This document shows positions 20,696 to 29,898 of a stretch of DNA of 64,000 nucleotides, piece by piece. Source of the DNA: Candidatus Zhuqueibacterota bacterium (lineage in GTDB: Bacteria; Electryoneota; RPQS01). Made by a program: the position numbers and the translations under genes. Each line of letters opens with the position of its first letter. Positions within the stretch are counted from its first letter, which is position 1. The notes under the pieces are model-generated. The model searched no databases. It was not told the DNA's origin and saw only the letters and a program-made list of their open reading frames with translations. The stretch is from positions 41,812-105,811 of the forward strand of contig JACRMR010000020.1 in the NCBI GenBank assembly GCA_016214895.1, given 5' to 3'.

Positions 20696-20745
20696 GATGT
20701 ACTCCGTTCAGGAATGGTTATCCTGAAGCTTAAGGTTCTTCGCAC

Positions 20746-21621
20746 TCAGGCTTCAACGATCTCCGCGCTGGCCTGCACTGCAATGAAGTTACGCACGCGT
20801 TCGAGCAGCCAGTGCGGTGTGGATGCCGAGCCGGTTACGCCCACGGTGTCATCGGGACTGAACCAGCTCAGGTCGATTTCTTCTTCGGTAACGACGCTGT
20901 AGGAACGGTCATTGACCTCCTTGCACACGCCGTACAAGACTTTCGTGTTGGAACTCTTCGTTCCTCCCACCATCACCACCACATCAACTTCTCTGGCGAA
21001 TTGCATGAGGTCGTTGTCCCGGCCGACGACGAATCGGCACAAGGTGTTCTCGACCTGCACTTCCACCTTGCCGCAGCATGCCCGGATCCACTCAATTCGC
21101 TCCTGAAACCACTCCGCCGACACCGTGGTCTGACAGAGCACAAACGTCTTCCGCGCCGCATCGAGTTTCTTCACATCTTCGCGGTCATAGACCACGAAGG
21201 CCTGATTGTCGCAATGCCCGCGAATGCCGATGGTCTCGGGGTGAAATGGCTTGCCGATGATGACGACCTGCTCGCCGTTCAAGTAATGCGTGCGGGCGAT
21301 ATTCTGTGAGCGCGTCACCACCGGGCACGTGCCGTCAATCACCTCGACTCCGAGTTGCTTCGCCTTCTCATACGTTTCCGGTGGTTCGCCGTGTGCGCGG
21401 ATCAGAACCTTGCCGGGGACCGCGCCATTATCCGACAGCACGTCATGCTCGGCGCTGTGCAGCCCGAGGTCTTTCATCCGCGCGATTTCGACTTCGTTGT
21501 GGATGATGTCCCCCAACGAAATCAGTTCCTCGCCGGTGGTCTGCAGCTCTTTTTCGGCCATCTTGACGACCCGGCGCACGCCGCCGCAGAATCCGGCTCG
21601 CGGATCAATCAGGACCTTCAT
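20746..21621 (-). CDS. ispH: 4-hydroxy-3-methylbut-2-enyl diphosphate reductase
   Basis: Start MKVLID (ATGA overlap with dxs); GFCGGV, IIHN, RAHG, DGTCP, HPE, NTLC, SSNT, SASTP. Confidence 0.95.
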   Translation of the reverse strand: MKVLIDPRAGFCGGVRRVVKMAEKELQTTGEELISLGDIIHNEVEIARMKDLGLHSAEHDVLSDNGAVPGKVLIRAHGEPPETYEKAKQLGVEVIDGTCPVVTRSQNIARTHYLNGEQVVIIGKPFHPETIGIRGHCDNQAFVVYDREDVKKLDAARKTFVLCQTTVSAEWFQERIEWIRACCGKVEVQVENTLCRFVVGRDNDLMQFAREVDVVVMVGGTKSSNTKVLYGVCKEVNDRSYSVVTEEEIDLSWFSPDDTVGVTGSASTPHWLLERVRNFIAVQASAEIVEA

Positions 21622-23627
21622 CGTGCTCCGGATTCCTCGCCGTCTTCCGGCGCGCTGTGAATTCTGGTAATCAGCCTTCCGGCGGGTGTCGCCGCGTCCC
21701 CCCGCGCCTCGCCTTTCCATATCCGTCGAATCAACTCCGCGATCTGCTGGTCCGACAGGCCGCAAAGCTCAAGCAGTTGTTCGCGCGTCCCGTGCTCCAC
21801 GAAATTCTCGGGCAAGTGCACGGACTCGAATCGTTGCGGCCACCCGTGCAGCTTCATGAAAGTAGCCACGCGGGAACCGAGGCCACCGCCGCCGCAGTTC
21901 TCTTCGAGCGTCACGACTGCCTCGTGTTTGGCCAGCATGTCCGCGAGCAGCCGTTCATCGATCGGTTTTACAAAGCGGCAGTTCACGAGCGTAACATTAA
22001 GTTCGTCGTGGGCGATCGCCTGTCGCGCGATCTCGACCATCGTTCCCACCGCCAGCACCAGCACGCGTTTCCCTTCGCGCAAGACGTCCCAGCTGCCCAC
22101 GGGTATCGCCTGCGGCTCGCGATCCCAGTCGATCAGGTCGGGCGCTTTGTCGCGCGGATACCGAATCGCCATGGGACCGCCTTCCACGGTCAGACCCGTG
22201 CGCATCAGGTCGCGCAGCTCTTCGCCCGAGCGTGGCGCGGCCACGATCATATTTTGAATGCAGGACAGAAAGGCGAGATCCAGACAACCATGGTGCGTCG
22301 GTCCGTCTTCACCGACGAGGCCGCCGCGATCCAGACAGAATAGTACCGGAAGTTTCTGCAACGCGCAGTCGTGCACGATGTGGTCGAAGGCTCGTTGCAG
22401 GAAGGTGGAGTAGATCGCCGTCACCGGCCGCAGTCCCGCGGTGGCCATGCCGGCCGCAAACGTGACAGCGTGCCCTTCCGCGATCCCGACATCGAAGAAG
22501 TTATTCGGATGGGTGGTCGCGTACTTCACGAGGCCGGTCCCTTCCTTCATGGCGGCGGTTATCGCCACCACTTTGGGATTCCGCGTCGTCTCGCGGATCA
22601 TGGCCTCGCCGAAGATGTCCATATAGGCCATCCGCTGCACTTCCGGAGCGACGTCCGGTGCGGCTTCCGCCTTCGGCTCGATTTTGGCGGGCACGCCTTT
22701 GACCGCGTGATACTTGATCGGATCGGCTTCCGCGATATCGTAGCCCTTGCCCTTCATCGTCAACACATGCACGATCGCCGGGTGCTTATGCGCGGCCTTG
22801 ATGTTCTCCAGCACTTCAACCAGCTCGCGGACATTATGCCCGTCAAACGGCCCGAAATACTGGAAGCCCAGGTCCTCGAAGAGCATTCCCGGCGAAATCA
22901 GCGTCTTCAGCGACGCTTCCATTCGGCCCGCCATTTTCTGCAAGGAGCGCGCCGCGACCGGCGACTCGCCCAGCAGCTTCCAGACCTCATCCTTCACCTT
23001 GGAGAGTTTCGGGTTCGTCTCCATGCGCGCGAGGAATTTCGGCACCGCCCCGACATTCCGCGAGATCGACATCTTGTTGTCGTTGAGAATGACCGTGAAA
23101 TTCCGGCCAGACGGTCCGGCGTTATTCAGGGCTTCAAAAGCGAGTCCCCCGGTCAGCCCGCCGTCTCCGACAATCGCGACCACGTTATGGTCCTCACCGT
23201 TCAGGTCCCGCGCCACCGCCATGCCGTAGGCCGCGCTGATGGCGGTCGAGGCATGCCCGGCGCCGAACGCATCGTAGTCGCTCTCGTCGCGCTTCAGGAA
23301 ACCGGACAGCCCCTTATAGCGGCGAATCGTCTTGAGCAGCGCCCGCCGCCCGGTCAACATCTTGTGGATGTAACCCTGATGCCCGACGTCCCAGATTAAC
23401 TTATCCTGGGGGGTATCATACACACGATGCAGCGCAACCGTGAGTTCCACGACGCCCATCGACGCTGCCAGGTGGCCGCCGATGGAATTGATGGTGTCCC
23501 ACAGCTCCGTGCGCAGCTCGACACATAGTTGTTCCAGCTCCTCAAACGAGAGCGGTTTGAGATCCGCCGGTGAATTCACTCGCGCAATCACCGGCGCGAG
23601 TAAATCTTGCGAACGTGCTTTGTTCAA
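21618..23627 (-). CDS. dxs: 1-deoxy-D-xylulose-5-phosphate synthase
   Basis: GGHL, WDVGHQ, FGAGHAST, GDGGLTGG..FEALN, DVGIAEGHA, YSTFLQRA, GEDGPTH. Confidence 0.97.
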   Translation of the reverse strand: MNKARSQDLLAPVIARVNSPADLKPLSFEELEQLCVELRTELWDTINSIGGHLAASMGVVELTVALHRVYDTPQDKLIWDVGHQGYIHKMLTGRRALLKTIRRYKGLSGFLKRDESDYDAFGAGHASTAISAAYGMAVARDLNGEDHNVVAIVGDGGLTGGLAFEALNNAGPSGRNFTVILNDNKMSISRNVGAVPKFLARMETNPKLSKVKDEVWKLLGESPVAARSLQKMAGRMEASLKTLISPGMLFEDLGFQYFGPFDGHNVRELVEVLENIKAAHKHPAIVHVLTMKGKGYDIAEADPIKYHAVKGVPAKIEPKAEAAPDVAPEVQRMAYMDIFGEAMIRETTRNPKVVAITAAMKEGTGLVKYATTHPNNFFDVGIAEGHAVTFAAGMATAGLRPVTAIYSTFLQRAFDHIVHDCALQKLPVLFCLDRGGLVGEDGPTHHGCLDLAFLSCIQNMIVAAPRSGEELRDLMRTGLTVEGGPMAIRYPRDKAPDLIDWDREPQAIPVGSWDVLREGKRVLVLAVGTMVEIARQAIAHDELNVTLVNCRFVKPIDERLLADMLAKHEAVVTLEENCGGGGLGSRVATFMKLHGWPQRFESVHLPENFVEHGTREQLLELCGLSDQQIAELIRRIWKGEARGDAATPAGRLITRIHSAPEDGEESGAR

Positions 23628-25403
23628 CTACCCCACCTCCGGATTCTTCGCACGCGACGGAATCGAGCGCGGCATCATGCTACTCTTCGCTGGCTTTGGC
23701 TTCGTCGGCAGCTTTCCTTTCAATCGCCGCAAAGCCCAGAACAGGAAACCGCCTTCGAGGGCGACGAAGCCGAACATCTGCCAGGGCAGGCCAGGCGCGG
23801 AACCCGCGCCGTAGCTATGCAATCCGGACAGATAGTAATTTACACCATAATACGTCATGATGACGACCGGAAACGCGCCGACGGAATAGGCCGCCAGTCC
23901 GCGCCAGCCCAGCCATCCCGCGCTGCGCCCGTGCAGAAATACGATATAGACAAACCAGGTGATCAAGGCCCAGGTTTCCTTCGGATCCCAGCCCCAGAAT
24001 CGGCCCCAGCTCACGTTCGCCCACACGGCCCCGAGCAAAATGCCGGTGATGAGAAGCAGCGTGCCGACCTGAATGATCTTCAGGTTCGCCTTCGCCAACC
24101 CGGCCAGTTTCGGCGTGACCGCGCCGTGGGAGCGCACTCCCGCGATCAGCACTGCGTGGCCCAATCCCATGGCAATCGCGAAACAAGAGTAGCTCGAGAG
24201 CGTGATGATCACATGGTAGTTGAGCCAGTAACTCTGCAGCGCGGGCACGAGTTGGTTGATCCCGCGATCCAGACTGGCGAACTGCGCCACGCCGAGAATC
24301 AGCGCTCCCAGCCCGGAACCGACCAGCGCCAGCACGCGATCACGTTTGATGAGTTCGTAGATGATCGAGATCAGCACCGCGGCCCAGCCGATCGCCAGCA
24401 GCGATTCGTACATATTGGACCACGGCGCGCGGCCACTGATGTAAGCGCGCATCGCCAGGCCCGTAGTATAAAACAGCAGCCCGCCGATCATCCCGAGCAT
24501 GCCGCCCCACTTGAGCACCGCCCACGGTTCGCGGGCGAGACTGAACAAGAACAACACCAGCGCCAGCGCCAGCAGGATTTTCGCGACAGTGAACGGCCGG
24601 ATGTAATTGTAATTTGTCTCCCACGCGAGCTTCGACATCAGTCCGGGCTGCCCGTGCATCATGGCGGCTTGCGTATTGAGAAACACCATCACCGAGGTGT
24701 TGAACATGTCCGGACGGTTATCGCGCAGCGACGCGTACATGCCGGAGAAGGAAACGGCCAATGCTTGCAAGGTATCTTTCACGCCTGCCGGCTGCGGAGC
24801 CAGCAACGTGTCCTCGAATTGGCCCAGCACTGTCGGCATGGACAACCAGGTCGCCGTGGGCTCGCCGCCCTCTGTCGGTGCCATCAGCGGTAGATCATGA
24901 TTGAAGACCGCGGACAGCACGCTCATCCGGTTCAGCAGTTCATTCGCCTTGCCCTGTACAAAGGTTGGCTTGTCGCCCTTTTGGTCCGCCATCGCGCCAT
25001 CGCGGGCCAGTTGCATGAGTCCATTGTTTGACTGAAGCGCGACCAGCGAGAAGTGGTTCCCTCCGGTCTTCGGCAGCTTCATCTCGTCCCGCAGCGGACC
25101 TTTGGGAATGTAGAACAGCTTCTCGTTGGCCCAATAATCGCCGTCGGCCATCCATCGGAAGTAGGTCTCGGTCGGGTGTTGTCCCTTGTAACTCGCCTTT
25201 CCATAAACCATCGCGACCAGCTCGCGGGCAAAGGTATCCAGGGGTTTCACTCGACCGCTGGTTTGAGCGGTTATTTGACTGGCCATGTCCCAGTCGAAAC
25301 CAGCGCTAAGTTCGGCTCCGTCCGCGGCGCGCGCAGCAGCGGAGCTGAGCATCAGCAGGAGCAGCAGTATGTTGAGTCGGATAATCATCGAAGTCTTCCT
25401 CAT
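23628..25403 (-). CDS. ccsA: Cytochrome c biogenesis system II heme lyase CcsA/ResC with large periplasmic N-domain
   Basis: WWD-domain WANVSWGRFWGWDPKETW, L.SYWL..H, GLHSY; N-terminal GRVKPLDT. Confidence 0.92.
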   Translation of the reverse strand: MRKTSMIIRLNILLLLLMLSSAAARAADGAELSAGFDWDMASQITAQTSGRVKPLDTFARELVAMVYGKASYKGQHPTETYFRWMADGDYWANEKLFYIPKGPLRDEMKLPKTGGNHFSLVALQSNNGLMQLARDGAMADQKGDKPTFVQGKANELLNRMSVLSAVFNHDLPLMAPTEGGEPTATWLSMPTVLGQFEDTLLAPQPAGVKDTLQALAVSFSGMYASLRDNRPDMFNTSVMVFLNTQAAMMHGQPGLMSKLAWETNYNYIRPFTVAKILLALALVLFLFSLAREPWAVLKWGGMLGMIGGLLFYTTGLAMRAYISGRAPWSNMYESLLAIGWAAVLISIIYELIKRDRVLALVGSGLGALILGVAQFASLDRGINQLVPALQSYWLNYHVIITLSSYSCFAIAMGLGHAVLIAGVRSHGAVTPKLAGLAKANLKIIQVGTLLLITGILLGAVWANVSWGRFWGWDPKETWALITWFVYIVFLHGRSAGWLGWRGLAAYSVGAFPVVIMTYYGVNYYLSGLHSYGAGSAPGLPWQMFGFVALEGGFLFWALRRLKGKLPTKPKPAKSSMMPRSIPSRAKNPEVG

Positions 25404-26455
25404 CCGTTAGCCGGTTGTGGCACTCTTTCTCCGGTCTCCGCGGTCATCTCCGTGTCCTCGGCAAGTTTGAACTCGCGTCGCACCGGTTTCGGCGGAAATT
25501 TCTGTTTGAGCCACGGCTTGACAAAGAAGATTCCGGCCATGCTCAGAATCAGCAGGATGCCTCCCACGTACATAAACGGGATGCCCGGATCATAGGACAC
25601 TCCAAGCACGGTAGCCTGGCGTCCGTCCTTCAAGTCAATCCACGACGCCTGGCTGATTTTGTAATCCTTGTACACCAGCGGGTGATTCAACATCACCGTC
25701 CATTTTACCGTATCCTGTTCGCCTTGCTCCCAGGCCTTGACGTCGGAGCGGAAGATCCTTGTCATACCGGAGCCGGGATACATGATCTGCTCGAACTGGT
25801 CGCACCAGACCGCGAATGGCAGCTCGACTTCCTGTCCCATGAGCATGTCGAGCTTTTCCCGGTCGAGTTCTTCGAGGAAGAACGAGGTCGAGAAATCGCC
25901 TTCCGGCACGACCATCTGGCCCTGCATGCCGAAGCGGTGCGTAATGATCGACCCTGCCATCAGAATCAGCAGTGCGACATGCGTGGACAACCAGAACACC
26001 TGATGCGGCCGGTAAGGCGCGCGGCGCAACGTACAGCCGATCAGATTGATCGCCAACAGCACAATCAGCGAATCGAACCACCACGTGCGATAGATAACGA
26101 TGCGCGCGGCGCCGTTGCTCAGCACCGTTTCAATGTAAGTCCCGTACGCCATCGCGCTGGCGAGGGCGAGCAGCAGAACGATGGTGAGCTTGACGGACGA
26201 AAAGAACAACCAGAGCTTATCGACCGCGAGGTCGAACCCAAAAAGCGCAGCGGTTGACTCATCTTCTCGCTCGATCGTATGCTTGTCCCGTCTCGGAAGT
26301 GCGGCCAAGGCGATCAAGGCAAACAGACCGAATAGAACTCCCAAGAAGAACCACGTAAGTGGACCGCGCTTCTTCTCTCGCGCAACATACGCACAGAAAA
26401 AGCCGCCTATCGATGCCCAGGCGAAGAATATCCCTATCCACATTCCCCACGTCAT
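25400..26455 (-). CDS. resB: Cytochrome c biogenesis ResB/CcsB family protein with extra N-terminal membrane hairpin
   Basis: SSVKL.IVLL....GT.IE, IY.TWWF, NLIGC, conserved His (STH), NHPL.Y, DPG; overlaps the ccsA start. Confidence 0.85.
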   Translation of the reverse strand: MTWGMWIGIFFAWASIGGFFCAYVAREKKRGPLTWFFLGVLFGLFALIALAALPRRDKHTIEREDESTAALFGFDLAVDKLWLFFSSVKLTIVLLLALASAMAYGTYIETVLSNGAARIVIYRTWWFDSLIVLLAINLIGCTLRRAPYRPHQVFWLSTHVALLILMAGSIITHRFGMQGQMVVPEGDFSTSFFLEELDREKLDMLMGQEVELPFAVWCDQFEQIMYPGSGMTRIFRSDVKAWEQGEQDTVKWTVMLNHPLVYKDYKISQASWIDLKDGRQATVLGVSYDPGIPFMYVGGILLILSMAGIFFVKPWLKQKFPPKPVRREFKLAEDTEMTAETGERVPQPANG

Positions 26456-26479
26456 GCTCTGGCCCTCGGCAGTTTGTGC

Positions 26480-26767
26480 TTACTCAAATACGACTTCCCG
26501 CAATCCGGGGATTCGTTCCTGAATCATCAGGCGCAGACCACCTTCCATGCTTTCCAGGGCGCCGCCGCAGCCTTCGCAGCCGCCGCCGAACGCGATCCGG
26601 GCGACGCCGTCGCGGACGCAGACGGCCTTCGCATCGCCGCCCTCTTCCATGAAGATCGGACGCAGCGAGTCAATCAGTTTGTCGAGCGCTTCAAACTGCG
26701 CGCGCTCGTCGTCATTCGTGAACGGCTCGGTGCCGCCCTTATTGAAGGTTGTCAGATTAATGGTCAT
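26480..26767 (-). CDS. NifU/NfuA C-terminal domain protein
   Basis: LRP..MEEGGD...GGCEGC (CxxC); likely start MTINL at 26767. Confidence 0.8.
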   Translation of the reverse strand: MTINLTTFNKGGTEPFTNDDERAQFEALDKLIDSLRPIFMEEGGDAKAVCVRDGVARIAFGGGCEGCGGALESMEGGLRLMIQERIPGLREVVFE

Positions 26768-26782
26768 CTTGTGTCTGCTCGT

Positions 26783-26815
26783 TTCCCCCAATTTGTGGGG
26801 GGACCAAGGGGGGGT
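26783..26815. repeat. C/G-run palindromic REP-like remnant
   Basis: TCCCCC-AATTTGT-GGGGGGA followed by CCAAGGGGGGG in an intergenic gap. Confidence 0.35.
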
Positions 26816-26840
26816 GAATTCAGCGTTTCAGTGTCTGCTC

Positions 26841-27551
26841 TTACTGTCCCCGTGTTTCCTTGAACTTCCGCCGCGGTACGCCTTCCAGCGTTTTCGCGCG
26901 CTTCGCCGCCGGGTGTTCACCCGCCGGCTTGCGATACGCGCGTTTCGGCGGCGCTTCGTCGAACGAGCGCGGTGCGCGGCGCGCGGGCCGCTCGTCTCCT
27001 TCGTTCCGCCACTCGTCCGCACTCGGACGCTGCTTGCGACCGGCGTTGGTAATCAATTCTTCGTCGCGGAAGAAGTCCCACAGCTTGTGCAGCATATCCA
27101 TCTTGCTCAGCGGCTCGCTGCCGACAATTTCCGCGACCTTGCCGGTTGCGGTAAAGGTTTCGTCGTCGTATCGCGGTGGACGGAAGTCCTTGTGTTCGCC
27201 GAAATCGCGCTTCGGAGGGCCGTATTCGCGCGCGGGGCGGTCGAACGGCCGCTTTTCACCGTACGGCTTGCGGAACGGCCGGTCACCGCCACCTTCACGA
27301 CTTGCAAACGGCTTGCGGTAGGGGCGGTCGCCGCCTTCGGCAGCACCTTCGCGCTTGACATACGGCTTGCGATACGGGCGGTCACCGCCGGCTTCGCCCG
27401 CTGCAAACGGTTTGCGGTACGGCCGGTCGCCGCCGCTCTCGAACGAACCTTCGCGTTTGGCGTACGGCTTGCGTGCCGGACCGCCGGGTTTGAATCCCCC
27501 ACTCTTGGGACGGCTGTCGCTGCGCGGCGGCTTGGAGTAATCTCGGGGCAT
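26841..27551 (-). CDS. SWIB/MDM2-like domain protein with tandem GGDRPYRKP repeats
   Basis: Four GGDRP[YF]RKP units; VAEIVGSEPLSKMDMLHKLWDFFRDEEL resembles the SWIB core. Confidence 0.7.
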   Translation of the reverse strand: MPRDYSKPPRSDSRPKSGGFKPGGPARKPYAKREGSFESGGDRPYRKPFAAGEAGGDRPYRKPYVKREGAAEGGDRPYRKPFASREGGGDRPFRKPYGEKRPFDRPAREYGPPKRDFGEHKDFRPPRYDDETFTATGKVAEIVGSEPLSKMDMLHKLWDFFRDEELITNAGRKQRPSADEWRNEGDERPARRAPRSFDEAPPKRAYRKPAGEHPAAKRAKTLEGVPRRKFKETRGQ

Positions 27552-27604
27552 GGCCCTATCTTTCTTGGTCGGTTAATTTAGAAGTGATCAAGAATATCGC
27601 GCAG

Positions 27605-27940
27605 CTAATTGTTGGCGAGGTTTCCGGTTCGCTTCGTGGTATTTCGTTCGAATAATATGATGTGCGTTTCAACGTCCGCCACGGGGCAATGTTCGACGCC
27701 GTGCGGCACGACAATCAGCTCCCCCGGATTCAAGATCACGTCCCCGTCCCGGAATTGCATCTTGAGTTGCCCCTTCACGACATAGAAGAGTTCATCTTCT
27801 TCCGCGTGAAAGTGCCAGACAAACGGCCCCTTGAGCTTCACGCACTTGACCTGAAATTCATTCACCTCCGCCACAACTTGCGGCGACTCAAACTCCGTGA
27901 TTTGGGCGAAGGCGGAGGGGATGGTAACTTTAGAGCGCAT
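27605..27940 (-). CDS. Cupin domain protein
   Basis: GPFVWHFH.EEDELF, GELIVVP.GVEHCP. Confidence 0.92.
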   Translation of the reverse strand: MRSKVTIPSAFAQITEFESPQVVAEVNEFQVKCVKLKGPFVWHFHAEEDELFYVVKGQLKMQFRDGDVILNPGELIVVPHGVEHCPVADVETHIILFERNTTKRTGNLANN

Positions 27941-28002
27941 TAGAACATCCCCTCAAGCTCATTCTGCAGTCCACGTTTCCACATGAGACACACACGAGGA
28001 AT

Positions 28003-28869
28003 CTACTCTGTGTCGCTATCCTCGGGCTTTCCCTTCGATACGTCTTTGGTCCCGTCAATCTTCTCAAAACCGCGTTTCGTGTGCTTCAGGTGCTTCTTTA
28101 CATCACGAATGTCTCCGTGTTTGGGAAGATCCTCCGGAGCGATCCCTGTATTTCGAATCATAGCTCTCCGAACCTCTTTTCCAACCGCGAGGTGGGCGTC
28201 ATTTAGATGACGCGGTCCTCGAATGTTCTGAGTATTGATCTTCAGCTCGACCTGCGACTCACGAAACAAATTCGCAGCCAATTCTTGCCTACCCATAAAA
28301 TCCAAAGGAGAACGATCACTCGGAATCAAGCGTATCTCACGAAGTCGAGAAAGATTCATGTTATACATTCCACGATATCCCGCGTTCTTGAAGAACGCAA
28401 AGTCCTTGCTTTCGTTGATACCTGCACTGCGGACAACAGCTTCAAGAGAATTTTCACGTTGTGTAATATCGTCTCGCATCTCCACTCGCTGAACTGCTTC
28501 TGCATCGAGCCAAATCTGGTGGACAGTGGCGGCCAAGCCAGCAAGATATGTCTGAACCAGAGCTACGGCCGGCCGCTCAGGATCGGCGTTCATTGCTGTC
28601 AAAAAACAGGCAAACCGATCCATCTTGAAGTCATCGCAGCGCTCCCCGTCAATGTCCCGCGGGCACGACCTAAAGAAATCAAAGGAGGGCATCCCAAGCG
28701 TTGTCGGCACTACCATCGCACGGCTAATGACCTTGCTCGCAAACGTCCGGTAATCAGCATAACCGAAAAACGACATAACGTCGCGCGCATACCAATAACG
28801 CTTGCCATCTTCATCGAATCCGAGGCTCTCAAAAGAAGAGAAATCAGATCCAGAGAGTTCAGTGTCCAT
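28003..28869 (-). CDS. dinD: DinD / Bro-N family protein
   Basis: YWYARD....GY..Y..F, RFACFL.AMNADP, F..AGY.GMY, LDFMG..ELAANLFR, VG.EVR..M...PEDLP; GC ~50%. Confidence 0.8.
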   Translation of the reverse strand: MDTELSGSDFSSFESLGFDEDGKRYWYARDVMSFFGYADYRTFASKVISRAMVVPTTLGMPSFDFFRSCPRDIDGERCDDFKMDRFACFLTAMNADPERPAVALVQTYLAGLAATVHQIWLDAEAVQRVEMRDDITQRENSLEAVVRSAGINESKDFAFFKNAGYRGMYNMNLSRLREIRLIPSDRSPLDFMGRQELAANLFRESQVELKINTQNIRGPRHLNDAHLAVGKEVRRAMIRNTGIAPEDLPKHGDIRDVKKHLKHTKRGFEKIDGTKDVSKGKPEDSDTE

Positions 28870-28920
28870 TATGATCTCCCAATTGTCGTCCGTTGTAATA
28901 GCGTACTTCGTCCAAACATC

Positions 28921-29883
28921 TCATAAACCCTGGGACGTCTGCCGCAACTGCTGGACTAAATGCGCGAACTTGTGCAAGAAGGCTTTCGGCTCGTCCTCTA
29001 TGCCCTGCGGATTGAAGTGCATTACGTCATTTCTGACTTTGTTGACTTTCTCTAGGTCCGCTATAAAGCCTTCCCTGTCGACTTTGAGACTGACTTTCGC
29101 CCAACGACCGGGTTCCTGAAGCAATCTTACGTACTCGCCAAAGTTCATGCGATGAATACCTGAAATCTCACGGGCACCGTCCTCCGGATTCTTGGCAGCG
29201 TCGAGTTCTGGCTGACTGAACTTCCCGTGAATCAACGCCCGAATATGATTCTCAATCTCACTGATAAGCAAGAATGGTTCTCCCAGCCGATGAAACTCAT
29301 TTGCCAAGTCCGATGTCGTGATAATACCAGAAATCACATTCTTGTTGTCACGAACAAGAACACACTCATACCTAATCACTATTCCGACGGCATCGAAGAT
29401 AGTCTCATTGTCACTAATTTCGTGGTGCGGTTCCATAAAATGTCGCGCCTCGCTTCCGGGAATACTGAGCGCATAGCGTTGACCTACGCCACGCCAAGTA
29501 ACCATTCCCTTCGCCTCGTGCGGGCTGGTCATCACTGGCAATTGGGAGAAATCATTATGTATCATGAGTCTCACAACCTCGCCTATCGGACTATTGGGCG
29601 TCACACTTACGGGCTTGTTCCGCGCCGGACCCAACATACAAATGCGTAACGTGGGATCAAACGGCGCACTTGCCGAAACAAACGCTACTGGAGCATCAAT
29701 GTGAGTAAGAGTGAAATCGGGCACCGTCCAAATGCACAACCCTTCAAGTGCACGAACTATGTCTGCGGTATTGCCATCGCTGCGCCTGTAATAACCAAAC
29801 CAAGACAACAAATCACGGACGGTGTACTCGGGTCTAAGCCCGTTACGAACCTGTTCCGCCACTTCCTTGAGCTTATCGGACAT
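28921..29883 (-). CDS. CBS-pair + HEPN (RxxxxH) protein
   Basis: CBS pair (M..NDFSQLPV, GMVTW, GIITTSDL), then EIENHIR...FGEY...W...RNDVMH; GC ~50%. Confidence 0.8.
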   Translation of the reverse strand: MSDKLKEVAEQVRNGLRPEYTVRDLLSWFGYYRRSDGNTADIVRALEGLCIWTVPDFTLTHIDAPVAFVSASAPFDPTLRICMLGPARNKPVSVTPNSPIGEVVRLMIHNDFSQLPVMTSPHEAKGMVTWRGVGQRYALSIPGSEARHFMEPHHEISDNETIFDAVGIVIRYECVLVRDNKNVISGIITTSDLANEFHRLGEPFLLISEIENHIRALIHGKFSQPELDAAKNPEDGAREISGIHRMNFGEYVRLLQEPGRWAKVSLKVDREGFIADLEKVNKVRNDVMHFNPQGIEDEPKAFLHKFAHLVQQLRQTSQGL

Positions 29884-29898
29884 GGATGCCTCTCATTC

